Below are positions 10,771 to 22,027 of a stretch of DNA of 64,000 nt, one piece after another (position 1 is the stretch's first letter; the number at the start of each line of letters is the position of its first letter). The position numbers and the translations under genes were made by a program. The notes below the pieces were generated by a model, which was given only the letters and a program-made list of their open reading frames with translations, was not told the DNA's origin and searched no databases. The stretch lies in NCBI RefSeq assembly GCF_020745735.1, contig NC_083418.1, forward strand, positions 6,111,374 to 6,175,373, written 5' to 3'. The stretch is from Hemiscyllium ocellatum (lineage: Eukaryota).

Positions 10771-13464
10771 AACATTTACTTAGACATCCATTAAAGCGGG
10801 CAACTCCAGACAGACGCATGTTTTCAATTCATACCTTTTTAAACATTTTAGTTCATTAAAAGCAGTTAACAAGAAAATAGTCTTGACCTAATTCATTCAA
10901 CAGAAATGCTTTCCACACTGGAATGCAGTATTGCTTATGCAGTGCATGCAAAATCTCCACAGTTCAAGGAACGTTTTAAGAATATGTAAAAATAATTTAG
11001 AGAATAATCCATTTCCTCCAGTTCCATGCTTTAATTGGCGATATTTCCCACCTCAATAATTTTGTTAAATGCAATGACTTATTAAGTTTATTAACTCAGG
11101 GGTTATTTATGTTCATTGTGAACACATTCTCGTTCACATGAATCCACTGGTTAGTTCTTCTGATGAATTTGACGTGAGGAGTTGAACAATGAATCCTCTC
11201 GGATTAAGTCTGTTGTACAGTTTGTTTCAGTGCTATCTCTGACTAACTTGTAAACGGTCCTGACCATTTGTAAATTGTTCAGTTCGGATATCTGAATCTC
11301 AGACAGTTCAATTTCATCTCGCGCTTCAAAACCACTTTTATCTGCCAGAAATACAATACTCGATTAGGTGCCTCAGAATTGAGAGCCCTGACTAAGTTGT
11401 TCCAATCAGAACGAACGTTTCAGGAACAAAAGGCAGATAGCAAGAGTTTTGAAATTGGTTGTTGGCAACAAGAGATATTTGATTGAGTGAGGCAGAGAGA
11501 AATATGCTGCATATTTTCTTTGTGCCTCATTTGTGCAGGACATGTTTCGTGGCACAATGTAGAATCAGAATCTTTTTTGCATCTTATTATTTGAAAACCT
11601 ATTATCAGCTTTTAATGTCACTGGCAACGGTCATATTACACTTCAAAACATTTTAAACTTTTTCAAGCTAAGTAGACCGTCTGGTGCAGCAACATTCACA
11701 GGGGAAAGATGAAGGGAGTTGTAGATTGCAATACAGTGACAATGAATTGATGGCAATGCAATTCCTAGTTTTATTCCTCTGTAGTTCCCATAGAGTTTGA
11801 ACAATTTGGAGCTGCTGTCAAAGTATTCTTGGATAAATGTCGAAATGTTACTTTCATTGTACAAACATTCTGGAACAATCCCTGGTTGTTGAAAGGTGTT
11901 AATAACTAACATGGTTAATATACTGTCAAAACAGGTGGGCTATGTTCTCCGTGATAGTGTCGAGCTCATTGTGTTCAGGTATGTTGTGAAGTTGCTGTAG
12001 GGTCCCTGATTCTGTGCCAGGTGGCCTGTGTTCACTTACAACCTGTTAGAGAGGTACGTAACACCATCTCTTATCAGGTTACTACAGTGCAAGAAAGCAG
12101 ATTGAGATGTTTGGGTGTTTGTTGGAATTCCAATCACAGAGAAATCTATTCATTCGCTGTCCTGACTTGTGTCTCTTAGATATTAAACAGATTTTTGGTG
12201 GTTAGTAGCTTTTTCCGGATCAATATTTGTTCACAAGCTTTTGGGCATCGCTAGATGGGGTCAATGGAGTAAGTGCTCAAAGAAATCCCAGCTTTTGTCT
12301 TGCTGTTCTAACAATATCATTTATAACTTAACTAGAATGAATCATTTTCGAAGCATATTTGATGAGATCATGCTTAGGCTGTTTTACTATTAAACCAGTG
12401 CTGTAGCTGAATTTGATTGTTCAGTACTGTAGGAGTTCCGCTGAATCCAACACTTGCAGCAGATGGTGATAGCTTTTCAGTTGGTCTTCAATTGCTATCT
12501 CAGACCATCCAGTACCTCTGCTAAGAATTATTTTTCCAACAGGAGTCAAGCCAACGTAATCACTGTTTATCTGAACAGGTGTGAGCTCTTGTGCCAAAAA
12601 CATGAAAACAATTTGGTGAAGAGGGGGCGTCTGGATGCAAAAGCTTAACCTTGCCTTCTCTCCACAGGAGCTGCTAGACATGCTGAGTTTCTTCAGAAAT
12701 TTCTGTCTTTATTTTGGTTTTCTAGCATTTAAAGTTTGTTGTTTCATTGAAAAGAAGTTCTGTTCGATTAAGCATGTTCTTCAGAGAAAAGATGCATCTG
12801 ATCAAATTGCGAAAGTTCAGAGATATTAAATATCAGAGAATCATTGAATTTGAGCGCCCTGATCTCGAGCTGTAGTTTCACAAGAAACTATTATGAAGTA
12901 ACAACACACTCCAGAGTGCAGTGGCTGCTGTAATTGGGTGGAAGTTATTTTGATCACTCAAATAGAGAATGTCAGTGATCCCGTTCCAAATAATCAACAG
13001 AAGTTTTTTTTAAAGCATGTGTGAAACAATTAATTTGTTGAAATATTTTAATAGAAAGTATTCACGGCCAGTGCTAGCTTAATGAATGACACAATGATAG
13101 GAAGGTAGGAGCAAGAGGAGGGCACTCAGCTCCTCGAGCTGTTCCACCGATTACTTAGATCATGGTGCATTTGTGAGCTAAATCCAGAGGTCTCCCTTTG
13201 GCTAAAACTCCGTAACACCTTTGTTTAACAAGCAAAATCTATCCCAGATTTACTGATTCGACTGCCCATAACAAAGGGAGACACCATTTCTGAAAGACAT
13301 TCCTGTGAGTACTGTGACACAATGAGGCTGGAATTAATTGCTCATGAAAGTAAACTTTAAATCTCTGACAATATCCAATTGAAAAATCCCAATCATCATC
13401 TTTCATTAATTTAACACTATACTTCCCTGGAATAAAGAAATATAGCGTGTGATTGCCTTGCTAA

Positions 13465-13653
13465 AAACGAGGAGAAAGTGAGGACTGCAGGTGCTGGAGA
13501 TCAGAGCTGAAAATGTGTTGCTGGAAAAGCGCAGCAGGTCAGGCAGGATCCAAGGAGCAGGAGAATCGACGTTTCGGGCATGGAACCCTTCTTCAGGAAG
13601 GGCTCCTTGAATGCTGCTTGACCTGCTGCGCTTTTCCAGCAACACATTTTCAG
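13465..13653. mobile_element. Hairpin element of Penelope-terminus type (family A) with hammerhead motif on the minus strand
   Basis: Inverted arms aaaatgtgttgctggaaaagcgcagcaggtca / tgacctgctgcgcttttccagcaacacatttt; minus strand CTGAAGA-AGGGTTCCATGCCC-GAAACGTC at 13568-13596. Confidence 0.7.
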
Positions 13654-13752
13654 AAGTTGCTAAAAATGAGGGAAGCTTCATTCCTATTATATGATTAAGA
13701 AATAGTTCTGTTCATTCAGTGAAAACACAGTCAAATCACACAAAAGTAAACT

Positions 13753-13957
13753 ATGATTTGGAGATGCCAGTGTTGGACTGGGGTGTACAAAGTTAAAAAT
13801 CACACAACACCAGATTATAGTCCAATAGGTTTAATTGGAAGCACACTAGTTTTCGGAGCGACGCTCCTTTATCAGGTGATAGTGGAGCGTCACTCTGAAA
13901 GCTAGTTTTCTTCCAATTAAACCTGTTGGACTATAACCTGGTGTTGTGTCATTTTTA
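13753..13957. mobile_element. Hairpin element (family B) with degenerate hammerhead motifs
   Basis: Inverted arms aaaaatcacacaacaccagattatagtccaataggtttaattggaag / cttccaattaaacctgttggactataacctggtgttgtgtcattttt; minus CTGATAA-AGGAGCGTCGCTCC-GAAAACTA. Confidence 0.65.
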
Positions 13958-14619
13958 AAAAAAACAAACCATGTCATCTTGTGTAGATACACAAGTGCCT
14001 CAAATAATTTTCAATTCTTCCAGTGGTTGTTTGAATCTCTAGACAGGTGTGGAAGTTTCAGACTTTTTATATCACCTTGAGAAACCAGTTGTCATCAGTC
14101 TATTTGAATTGCTGAAGTTTGTGTGGTATTAGCACATTCACAGCGCTGTTAGGAAGCGAGTCCCATGGCTGTGATTGAGGAAGAGGAAACGGGCAGGGAA
14201 ATAGTTGAGAGTCAAGTTGAAGTCTGATTTGGAGGAAAGCTTTCAATGCATGTGTGCCCTTATTCTCAAGCATCACAATTTTGGAACATGCTGCCGAAGG
14301 GACATGCCAGTATGCAAAATGGAAGCTGAAGAAGGCATCTCGGCCTCTCTAGAAGGCTATTCCATTCATGGGATCATCATTAATCTTGCTGCTCATCAAT
14401 CTTCCCAACACACTCATAATATTGAGCCTGATTGTTTACTGTTCAACAAAAGAATGCTGAATTCGTTTGGAATTCTCCTCCACAGAAATTCATAGATTCA
14501 AGACTCATAGATTCTTGAAATCGTTGTCTCAGTACCTAGTGTGTTGAAGGTGTTTGGCACATGTACCTTCATTGGTCAGAGCACTGAGTGCAGGAGTTAG
14601 GGTTTCATGTTGTAACCGT

Positions 14620-14825
14620 CCAAAACATTGGAATGAACTGCTAGAGGAAGTGGTAACTGCAGAGCTAGGTCCAACATTTAAAAGACATTTGAACAGCTAC
14701 AGGAACTGGATAGGTTTGGATGGATATGGGCCAAAGTCAGGCAAGTGGAATTAGTTTAACTTGGGAACTCTGGTCAGCATGGATGAGCTGGACCAAAGGA
14801 ACTGTTTCTGTGCTGTACGACTTTA
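14620..14825 (+). mobile_element. CR1 3'-end fragment
   Basis: tggaatgaactgctagaggaagtgg...ggatatgggccaaa...ctgtttctgtgctgta matches CR1 3' ends elsewhere in the window. Mirror at about 20667-20872. Confidence 0.6.
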
Positions 14826-15442
14826 TCACTCACTGACTTTATGGTGGAGTAGGCTCAAAGTTGGAATGTGGTGAGCAAATGAGGGGCTAGATTGGGCATG
14901 TGGGAGAGTTTGGGCTGGTAGGCTGGTTGGCTGGCTGCTGGGTAAGCTTGCGTGCAATCTGTCTGGCAAGGTGGCATCAAGGTAAATGGTAATGGTCACA
15001 GGATAATTTGGTCGAATTGTGCTTGGTAGGTCAGGGGTAGTTTGAGCTGAAATGCAGGAGGTCTGTCTTTGCCAGGCTGATTTATGGAGAGGTGGGCAGG
15101 ATGCCAAGGTAGTTAGTGTAGAGGTGAGCAGAGTGCCAGGATGTTTCGGGGGTGGAAGGTCACAGTAATGAAGTGACAGGTGGACGTGTTGTCAAAATGC
15201 AAAGGTCGGAGTCTGGCAAAATGGTAGGTTGTAAAGCACAGATGCAAAAGGAGCTAGGATGCAATGTGCACAGATTGTCTTGGGTAAGATGAGAGGTCAG
15301 TGATCAAGGGCTGAGGTATTGTCTTGGGTAGGGGGCTTTTGTCAGAGGTTGTGAAAATGATGGTGCCAGGTCCAGTCAGGGCCATATTCGCCATGGGCGA
15401 AGTGCAAATGACTGAAAGGAATTGAGATCATATGTCCATCTG

Positions 15443-16100
15443 GAATATAGAATATAGAACATTACAGTGCAGTACAGGCCCTTCAGCCCTCGATGTTGCG
15501 CTGACCTGTGGAACCAATCTGAAGCCTATCTATCCTACACAATTCCATTTTCATCCATATGTTTATCCAATGATCTGTTAAATGCCCTTAAAGTTGGTGA
15601 GTGTATAACTGTTGCAGGCAGTGCGTTCCATGTCCCAACTACTCTCTGAGTAAAGAAACAACATTTCACATCTGTCATCTATGTCCTCTCCTGCTAGCCA
15701 GCACTATTCAAGGAAAAAGACTTTCACTGTCCACCCTCTGTTTATCTTTTAAGTCACCTCTCAACCTTCTTCTCTCAGACAAAAGCATCCTCAAGACCCT
15801 CATCCTTTCCTCATTAAACCTTCATGCCATACCAAACAACATCCTGGTAAACCTCCTCTGAACTCTTCCAAAGCTTCCACATTCTATCTATAATGTGGTG
15901 ACCAGAACAGTACACAATACTCCAAGTGCAGCCACACCAGAGTTTTGTACAGCTGCAACCTAACCTCGTGTTTCTGAAACTCAGCCCCTCTATCGATGAA
16001 AGCCAGTACAAAGTATGCTTTCTTAACAACTCTATCAAACTGGCTGGCAACTTTTTGTGATCTATGTACATGGGCACCGAGATCTCTCTGCTCAGCTACA
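15443..16100 (-). mobile_element. CR1 LINE 3' fragment
   Basis: gaatatagaatatagaac tail followed by acaggcccttcagccctcgatgttgcg, homologous to the 1822-2560 element end. Confidence 0.85.
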
Positions 16101-16589
16101 CTACCAACATGGATTGCCTTGGATGTGTTTTGTGTGATAGGGGTTGTGTGTTCCGGGCAGGGTAGGGTTTGTCAATGTGAGTGGAAATTTAGGTCTAGAC
16201 AGAGTAAGTGCAGTAGTTAGTCTGAAAGATGAGGTTTGGTGGTGAACTGTGTATCAGTTTGATAGTTATTAAAGTTAAAGATTACTTGTTCATTTCTCAA
16301 ATCATATTTACGTAAGTACTCAGCTGTAACACTCCAAAGTCTCTGAAATTTAATGGTCCTGCTTTTTTCAGAGGCCTCCAGAATTCAGATAATTGTAAAT
16401 TAGATGTTTCAACTTCCAGACAATTGGCATGAGGTCAGTTGTGACAGCCATCCTCCCCGTCCCAGTGCTCAGCTCCTGTCTGTGCTGCTGCTGCTGACCT
16501 TCCTCCCAGAGAGAACATTCTGCCTTGCATTGATAAGTGAGGAAGGCTCACTGGACCTGATTTCCAAGTATGGGGATGGCAAACACGAG

Positions 16590-16815
16590 GGGACACAACT
16601 TTAAAGTGAGATAGGTATAAGACGGATGTCAGAGGTAGTTTTTTTTACTCATTGAGTAGTAAGGGTATGGAATGCTTTGCCTGCAACGGTAGTAGATTCG
16701 CCAAGTTTAAAAACATTTTTCATTGCACAGGCATATGGATGTACATGGAATAGTGCAGGTGGGATGGGCTTCAGATTAGTATGACAGGACAGCGCAACAT
16801 CGAGGGCCGAAGGTA
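16590..16815 (+). mobile_element. CR1 3'-end fragment
   Basis: ggacacaactttaaa...gacggatgtcagaggtag...tggaatgctttgcctgca...gcaacatcgagggccgaagg parallels the young CR1 3' end. Mirror at about 18677-18902. Confidence 0.75.
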
Positions 16816-16820
16816 CCTAG

Positions 16821-17142
16821 TGGGGCGGCATGCTGGTTCCATGGTTCGCGCTGCTACCTCACAGTGCTAGGGACTTGGGTTTCATTCCAGCCTCGGGTAA
16901 CTGTCTGTGTGGAGTTGGCACTTTCTCCCCATATCTGTGTGCATTTTCTCCCACAGTCCAATGATGTACTGGCTGGGGGAATTGCAAATGTTGTGTTCAG
17001 TGATTGGGAGGTTAGGTGCATTAGTCAGGGTTAACTGTAGCATAATAGGGTAGGGGAATGTGTCTGGATGCGATTCTTTGAAGAGGGTGGGTGTGGACTT
17101 GTTGGGCCAAATGGCCTGTTTGCACACACTGTAGAATTTCGA
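16821..17142 (+). mobile_element. HE1-like SINE
   Basis: ggggcggcatg...cctcacagtgctaggg...ctgtgtggagttggcac...gtggacttgttgggccaaatggcctgttt. Confidence 0.8.
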
Positions 17143-17256
17143 TGAACCTGCATTTCCTTGGTTTGTATTTTGTGAAACTTCTCTGCTGTTCACAGCAAAC
17201 CAGTGGAAGTGTCAGTTAGTTGAAACTAACATGCTCAATTGGTCATTCTATTGTAG

Positions 17257-17453
17257 AGACACCATCTTCCCCCACACTTTATGGCCTGGTCTCCTCCTGT
17301 GAGGATTCTGCAATCTTTGGTTGTTTCGTGATGGACTATTCCCCTGACGTCACCAAGGTAACCTGGAAGAAAGATGGGGAGCTAATCATGACTGGATTGA
17401 AGATTTACCCATCAGTGGGAAACAAGAAGGGAACCTACACCCTGAGCAGCCAG
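17257..17453 (+). pseudogene. IGHM: Truncated IgM constant exon Cmu1 (5' two-thirds)
   Basis: Acceptor ttgtAG at 17255-17256; (E)[65 protein letters not shown], then an abrupt in-frame switch to CR1 sequence. Resembles shark Cmu1 from my knowledge of the family. Confidence 0.9.
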
Positions 17454-17727
17454 GATGTCCAAGAATGTAGGGAGGCTGTGGAGAAAATAGCACTGACAGG
17501 GAATACTTGCGGACACAGAGATGGGCTCAAGTGCGTATACTTCAACGCAAGAAGTATCAGAAATAAGGTGAGTGAACTTAAGGCATGGATCGGTACCTGG
17601 GACTAAGATGTTGTGGCCATCACGGAAACGTGGATAAATGAGGGACAGGAATGGTTGTTGGAGGTTCCTGGTTACAGATGTTTCAGTAAGATTAGGGAGG
17701 GTGCTAAAAAAGGAAGGGGGTGGCATT
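17454..17727 (+). mobile_element. CR1 ORF2 APE-endonuclease fragment at the palindrome centre
   Basis: Translates [58 protein letters not shown], with the NARS and ITETW motifs of CR1-clade endonucleases. Confidence 0.85.
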
Positions 17728-18007
17728 TTTTTGCTCTTGTGTGACTCGCTGTGTTGAACCTCACAGTAGACTTTGCTGGGGCAATCTACCGCTGACCCGG
17801 GCAGGGTTAACTGGCTGCTCAGGGTGTAGGTTCCCTTCTTGTTTCTCACTGATGGGTAAATCTTCAATCCAGTCATGATTAGCTCCCCATCTTTCTTCCA
17901 GGTTACCTTGGTGACGTCAGGGGAATAGTCCATCACGAAACAACCAAAGATTGCAGAATCCTCACAGGAGGAGACCAGGCCATAAAGTGTGGGGGAAGAT
18001 GGTGTCT
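17721..18007 (-). pseudogene. IGHM: Near-complete IgM Cmu1 exon lacking its splice donor
   Basis: Reads ...[44 protein letters not shown], with both domain cysteines and the tryptophan, then runs into antisense CR1 with no GT donor. 17811-18042 is the inverse of 17222-17453 with one mismatch (17418/17846). Confidence 0.92.
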
Positions 18008-18349
18008 CTACAATAGAATGACCAATTGAGCATGTTAGTTTCTGTTAATTTGACCGTGTCCGTTACTCAAATGTATCCTCAGCTGTAACCGTTTGCCAGT
18101 ATGCTCCCGCTGAAGTCTACAGCATAACTGGAGTTTATTTTTGCTTCCTACCAGTTGCTGATAATGATCATTGGTTCCCTCTTTAGAAACATGACCTCGA
18201 CCTTGACCATGGCCATATAATTTAGGAAGAAGAACATCCTGATCCCATCCCAGTAACTGTTTGAAGATCTCACCAACTGACACTTCCACTGGTTTGCTGT
18301 GAACAGCAGAGAAGTTTCACAAAATACAAACCAAGGAAATGCAGGTTCA

Positions 18350-18671
18350 TCGAAATTCTACAGTGTGTGCAAACAGGCCATTTGGCCCAACAAGTCCACA
18401 CCCACCCTCTTCAAAGAATCGCATCCAGACACATTCCCCTACCCTATTATGCTACAGTTAACCCTGACTAATGCACCTAACCTCCCAATCACTGAACACA
18501 ACATTTGCAATTCCCCCAGCCAGTACATCATTGGACTGTGGGAGAAAATGCACACAGATATGGGGAGAAAGTGCCAACTCCACACAGACAGTTACCCGAG
18601 GCTGGAATGAAACCCAAGTCCCTAGCACTGTGAGGTAGCAGCGCGAACCATGGAACCAGCATGCCGCCCCA
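18350..18671 (-). mobile_element. HE1-like SINE (mirror of 16821-17142)
   Basis: Reverse complement of the left-arm copy. Confidence 0.8.
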
Positions 18672-19391
18672 CTAGGTACCTTCGGCCCTCGATGTTGCGC
18701 TGTCCTGTCATACTAATCTGAAGCCCATCCCACCTGCACTATTCCATGTACATCCATATGCCTGTGCAATGAAAAATGTTTTTAAACTTGGCGAATCTAC
18801 TACCGTTGCAGGCAAAGCATTCCATACCCTTACTACTCAATGAGTAAAAAAAACTACCTCTGACATCCGTCTTATACCTATCTCACTTTAAAGTTGTGTC
18901 CCCTCGTGTTTGCCATCCCCATACTTGGAAATCAGGTCCAGTGAGCCTTCCTCACTTATCAATGCAAGGCAGAATGTTCTCTCTGGGAGGAAGGTCAGCA
19001 GCAGCAGCACAGACAGGAGCTGAGCACTGGGACGGGGAGGATGGCTGTCACAACTGACCTCATGCCAATTGTCTGGAAGTTGAAACATCTAATTTACAAT
19101 TATCTGAATTCTGGAGGCCTCTGAAAAAAGCAGGACCATTAAATTTCAGAGACTTTGGAGTGTTACAGCTGAGTACTTACGTAAATATGATTTGAGAAAT
19201 GAACAAGTAATCTTTAACTTTAATAACTATCAAACTGATACACAGTTCACCACCAAACCTCATCTTTCAGACTAACTACTGCACTTACTCTGTCTAGACC
19301 TAAATTTCCACTCACATTGACAAACCCTACCCTGCCCGGAACACACAACCCCTATCACACAAAACACATCCAAGGCAATCCATGTTGGTAG

Positions 19392-20049
19392 TGTAGCTGA
19401 GCAGAGAGATCTCGGTGCCCATGTACATAGATCACAAAAAGTTGCCAGCCAGTTTGATAGAGTTGTTAAGAAAGCATACTTTGTACTGGCTTTCATCGAT
19501 AGAGGGGCTGAGTTTCAGAAACACGAGGTTAGGTTGCAGCTGTACAAAACTCTGGTGTGGCTGCACTTGGAGTATTGTGTACTGTTCTGGTCACCACATT
19601 ATAGATAGAATGTGGAAGCTTTGGAAGAGTTCAGAGGAGGTTTACCAGGATGTTGTTTGGTATGGCATGAAGGTTTAATGAGGAAAGGATGAGGGTCTTG
19701 AGGATGCTTTTGTCTGAGAGAAGAAGGTTGAGAGGTGACTTAAAAGATAAACAGAGGGTGGACAGTGAAAGTCTTTTTCCTTGAATAGTGCTGGCTAGCA
19801 GGAGAGGACATAGATGACAGATGTGAAATGTTGTTTCTTTACTCAGAGAGTAGTTGGGACATGGAACGCACTGCCTGCAACAGTTATACACTCACCAACT
19901 TTAAGGGCATTTAACAGATCATTGGATAAACATATGGATGAAAATGGAATTGTGTAGGATAGATAGGCTTCAGATTGGTTCCACAGGTCAGCGCAACATC
20001 GAGGGCTGAAGGGCCTGTACTGCACTGTAATGTTCTATATTCTATATTC
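19392..20049 (+). mobile_element. CR1 3' fragment (mirror of 15443-16100)
   Basis: Reverse complement of the left-arm copy; ends gttctatattctatattc. Confidence 0.85.
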
Positions 20050-21534
20050 CAGATGGACATATGATCTCAATTCCTTTCAGTCATTTGCACTTCGCCCATG
20101 GCGAATATGGCCCTGACTGGACCTGGCACCATCATTTTCACAACCTCTGACAAAAGCCCCCTACCCAAGACAATACCTCAGCCCTTGATCACTGACCTCT
20201 CATCTTACCCAAGACAATCTGTGCACATTGCATCCTAGCTCCTTTTGCATCTGTGCTTTACAACCTACCATTTTGCCAGACTCCGACCTTTGCATTTTGA
20301 CAACACGTCCACCTGTCACTTCATTACTGTGACCTTCCACCCCCGAAACATCCTGGCACTCTGCTCACCTCTACACTAACTACCTTGGCATCCTGCCCAC
20401 CTCTCCATAAATAAGCCTGGCAAAGACAGACCTCCTGCATTTCAGCTCAAACTACCCCTGACCTACCAAGCACAATTCGACCAAATTATCCTGTGACCAT
20501 TACCATTTACCTTGATGCCACCTTGCCAGACAGATTGCACGCAAGCTTACCCAGCAGCCAGCCAACCAGCCTACCAGCCCAAACTCTCCCACATGCCCAA
20601 TCTAGCCCCTCATTTGCTCACCACATTCCAACTTTGAGCCTACTCCACCATAAAGTCAGTGAGTGATAAAGTCGTACAGCACAGAAACAGTTCCTTTGGT
20701 CCAGCTCATCCATGCTGACCAGAGTTCCCAAGTTAAACTAATTCCACTTGCCTGACTTTGGCCCATATCCATCCAAACCTATCCAGTTCCTGTAGCTGTT
20801 CAAATGTCTTTTAAATGTTGGACCTAGCTCTGCAGTTACCACTTCCTCTAGCAGTTCATTCCAATGTTTTGGACGGTTACAACATGAAACCCTAACTCCT
20901 GCACTCAGTGCTCTGACCAATGAAGGTACATGTGCCAAACACCTTCAACACACTAGGTACTGAGACAACGATTTCAAGAATCTATGAGTCTTGAATCTAT
21001 GAATTTCTGTGGAGGAGAATTCCAAACGAATTCAGCATTCTTTTGTTGAACAGTAAACAATCAGGCTCAATATTATGAGTGTGTTGGGAAGATTGATGAG
21101 CAGCAAGATTAATGATGATCCCATGAATGGAATAGCCTTCTAGAGAGGCCGAGATGCCTTCTTCAGCTTCCATTTTGCATACTGGCATGTCCCTTCGGCA
21201 GCATGTTCCAAAATTGTGATGCTTGAGAATAAGGGCACACATGCATTGAAAGCTTTCCTCCAAATCAGACTTCAACTTGACTCTCAACTATTTCCCTGCC
21301 CGTTTCCTCTTCCTCAATCACAGCCATGGGACTCGCTTCCTAACAGCGCTGTGAATGTGCTAATACCACACAAACTTCAGCAATTCAAATAGACTGATGA
21401 CAACTGGTTTCTCAAGGTGATATAAAAAGTCTGAAACTTCCACACCTGTCTAGAGATTCAAACAACCACTGGAAGAATTGAAAATTATTTGAGGCACTTG
21501 TGTATCTACACAAGATGACATGGTTTGTTTTTTT

Positions 21535-21739
21535 TAAAAATGACACAACACCAGGTTATAGTCCAACAGGTTTAATTGGAAGAAAACTAGCTTTCAGAGT
21601 GACGCTCCACTATCACCTGATAAAGGAGCGTCGCTCCGAAAACTAGTGTGCTTCCAATTAAACCTATTGGACTATAATCTGGTGTTGTGTGATTTTTAAC
21701 TTTGTACACCCCAGTCCAACACTGGCATCTCCAAATCAT
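21535..21739. mobile_element. Hairpin element family B (mirror of 13753-13957)
   Basis: Plus strand CTGATAAAGGAGCGTCGCTCCGAAAACTA at 21617-21645. Confidence 0.65.
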
Positions 21740-21838
21740 AGTTTACTTTTGTGTGATTTGACTGTGTTTTCACTGAATGAACAGAACTATTTCTTAATCA
21801 TATAATAGGAATGAAGCTTCCCTCATTTTTAGCAACTT

Positions 21839-22027
21839 CTGAAAATGTGTTGCTGGAAAAGCGCAGCAGGTCAAGCAGCATTCAAGGAGCCCTTCCTGAA
21901 GAAGGGTTCCATGCCCGAAACGTCGATTCTCCTGCTCCTTGGATCCTGCCTGACCTGCTGCGCTTTTCCAGCAACACATTTTCAGCTCTGATCTCCAGCA
22001 CCTGCAGTCCTCACTTTCTCCTCGTTT
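21839..22027. mobile_element. Hairpin element family A (mirror of 13465-13653)
   Basis: Plus strand CTGAAGAAGGGTTCCATGCCCGAAACGTC at 21896-21924. Confidence 0.7.

Larger units (their letters stand above)
1693..17217 (+). repeat. Left arm of 32-kb inverted duplication
   Basis: Every ORF pair mirrors with coordinate sum 35492 (1908/33584, 5856/29636, 16882/18610). The match breaks at 1692/33800 and 17218/18274. Confidence 0.97.

Noticed and set aside
16428-16545. Leader-like stretch (ATGAGGTCA...; LLSVLLLLTFLP)
   Set aside because: The ATG and the hydrophobic run are in different frames, no matching donor follows, and no V exon lies downstream; probably a (CTG)n run.
7600-17200. Intronic enhancer (Emu-like) call
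   Set aside because: I did not find a canonical octamer or a convincing motif cluster by eye; isolated E-boxes are expected by chance.
5856-18007. Functional IgM gene
   Set aside because: V frameshift and stop, mutated RSS heptamer, no Cmu1 donor and no downstream constant exons.
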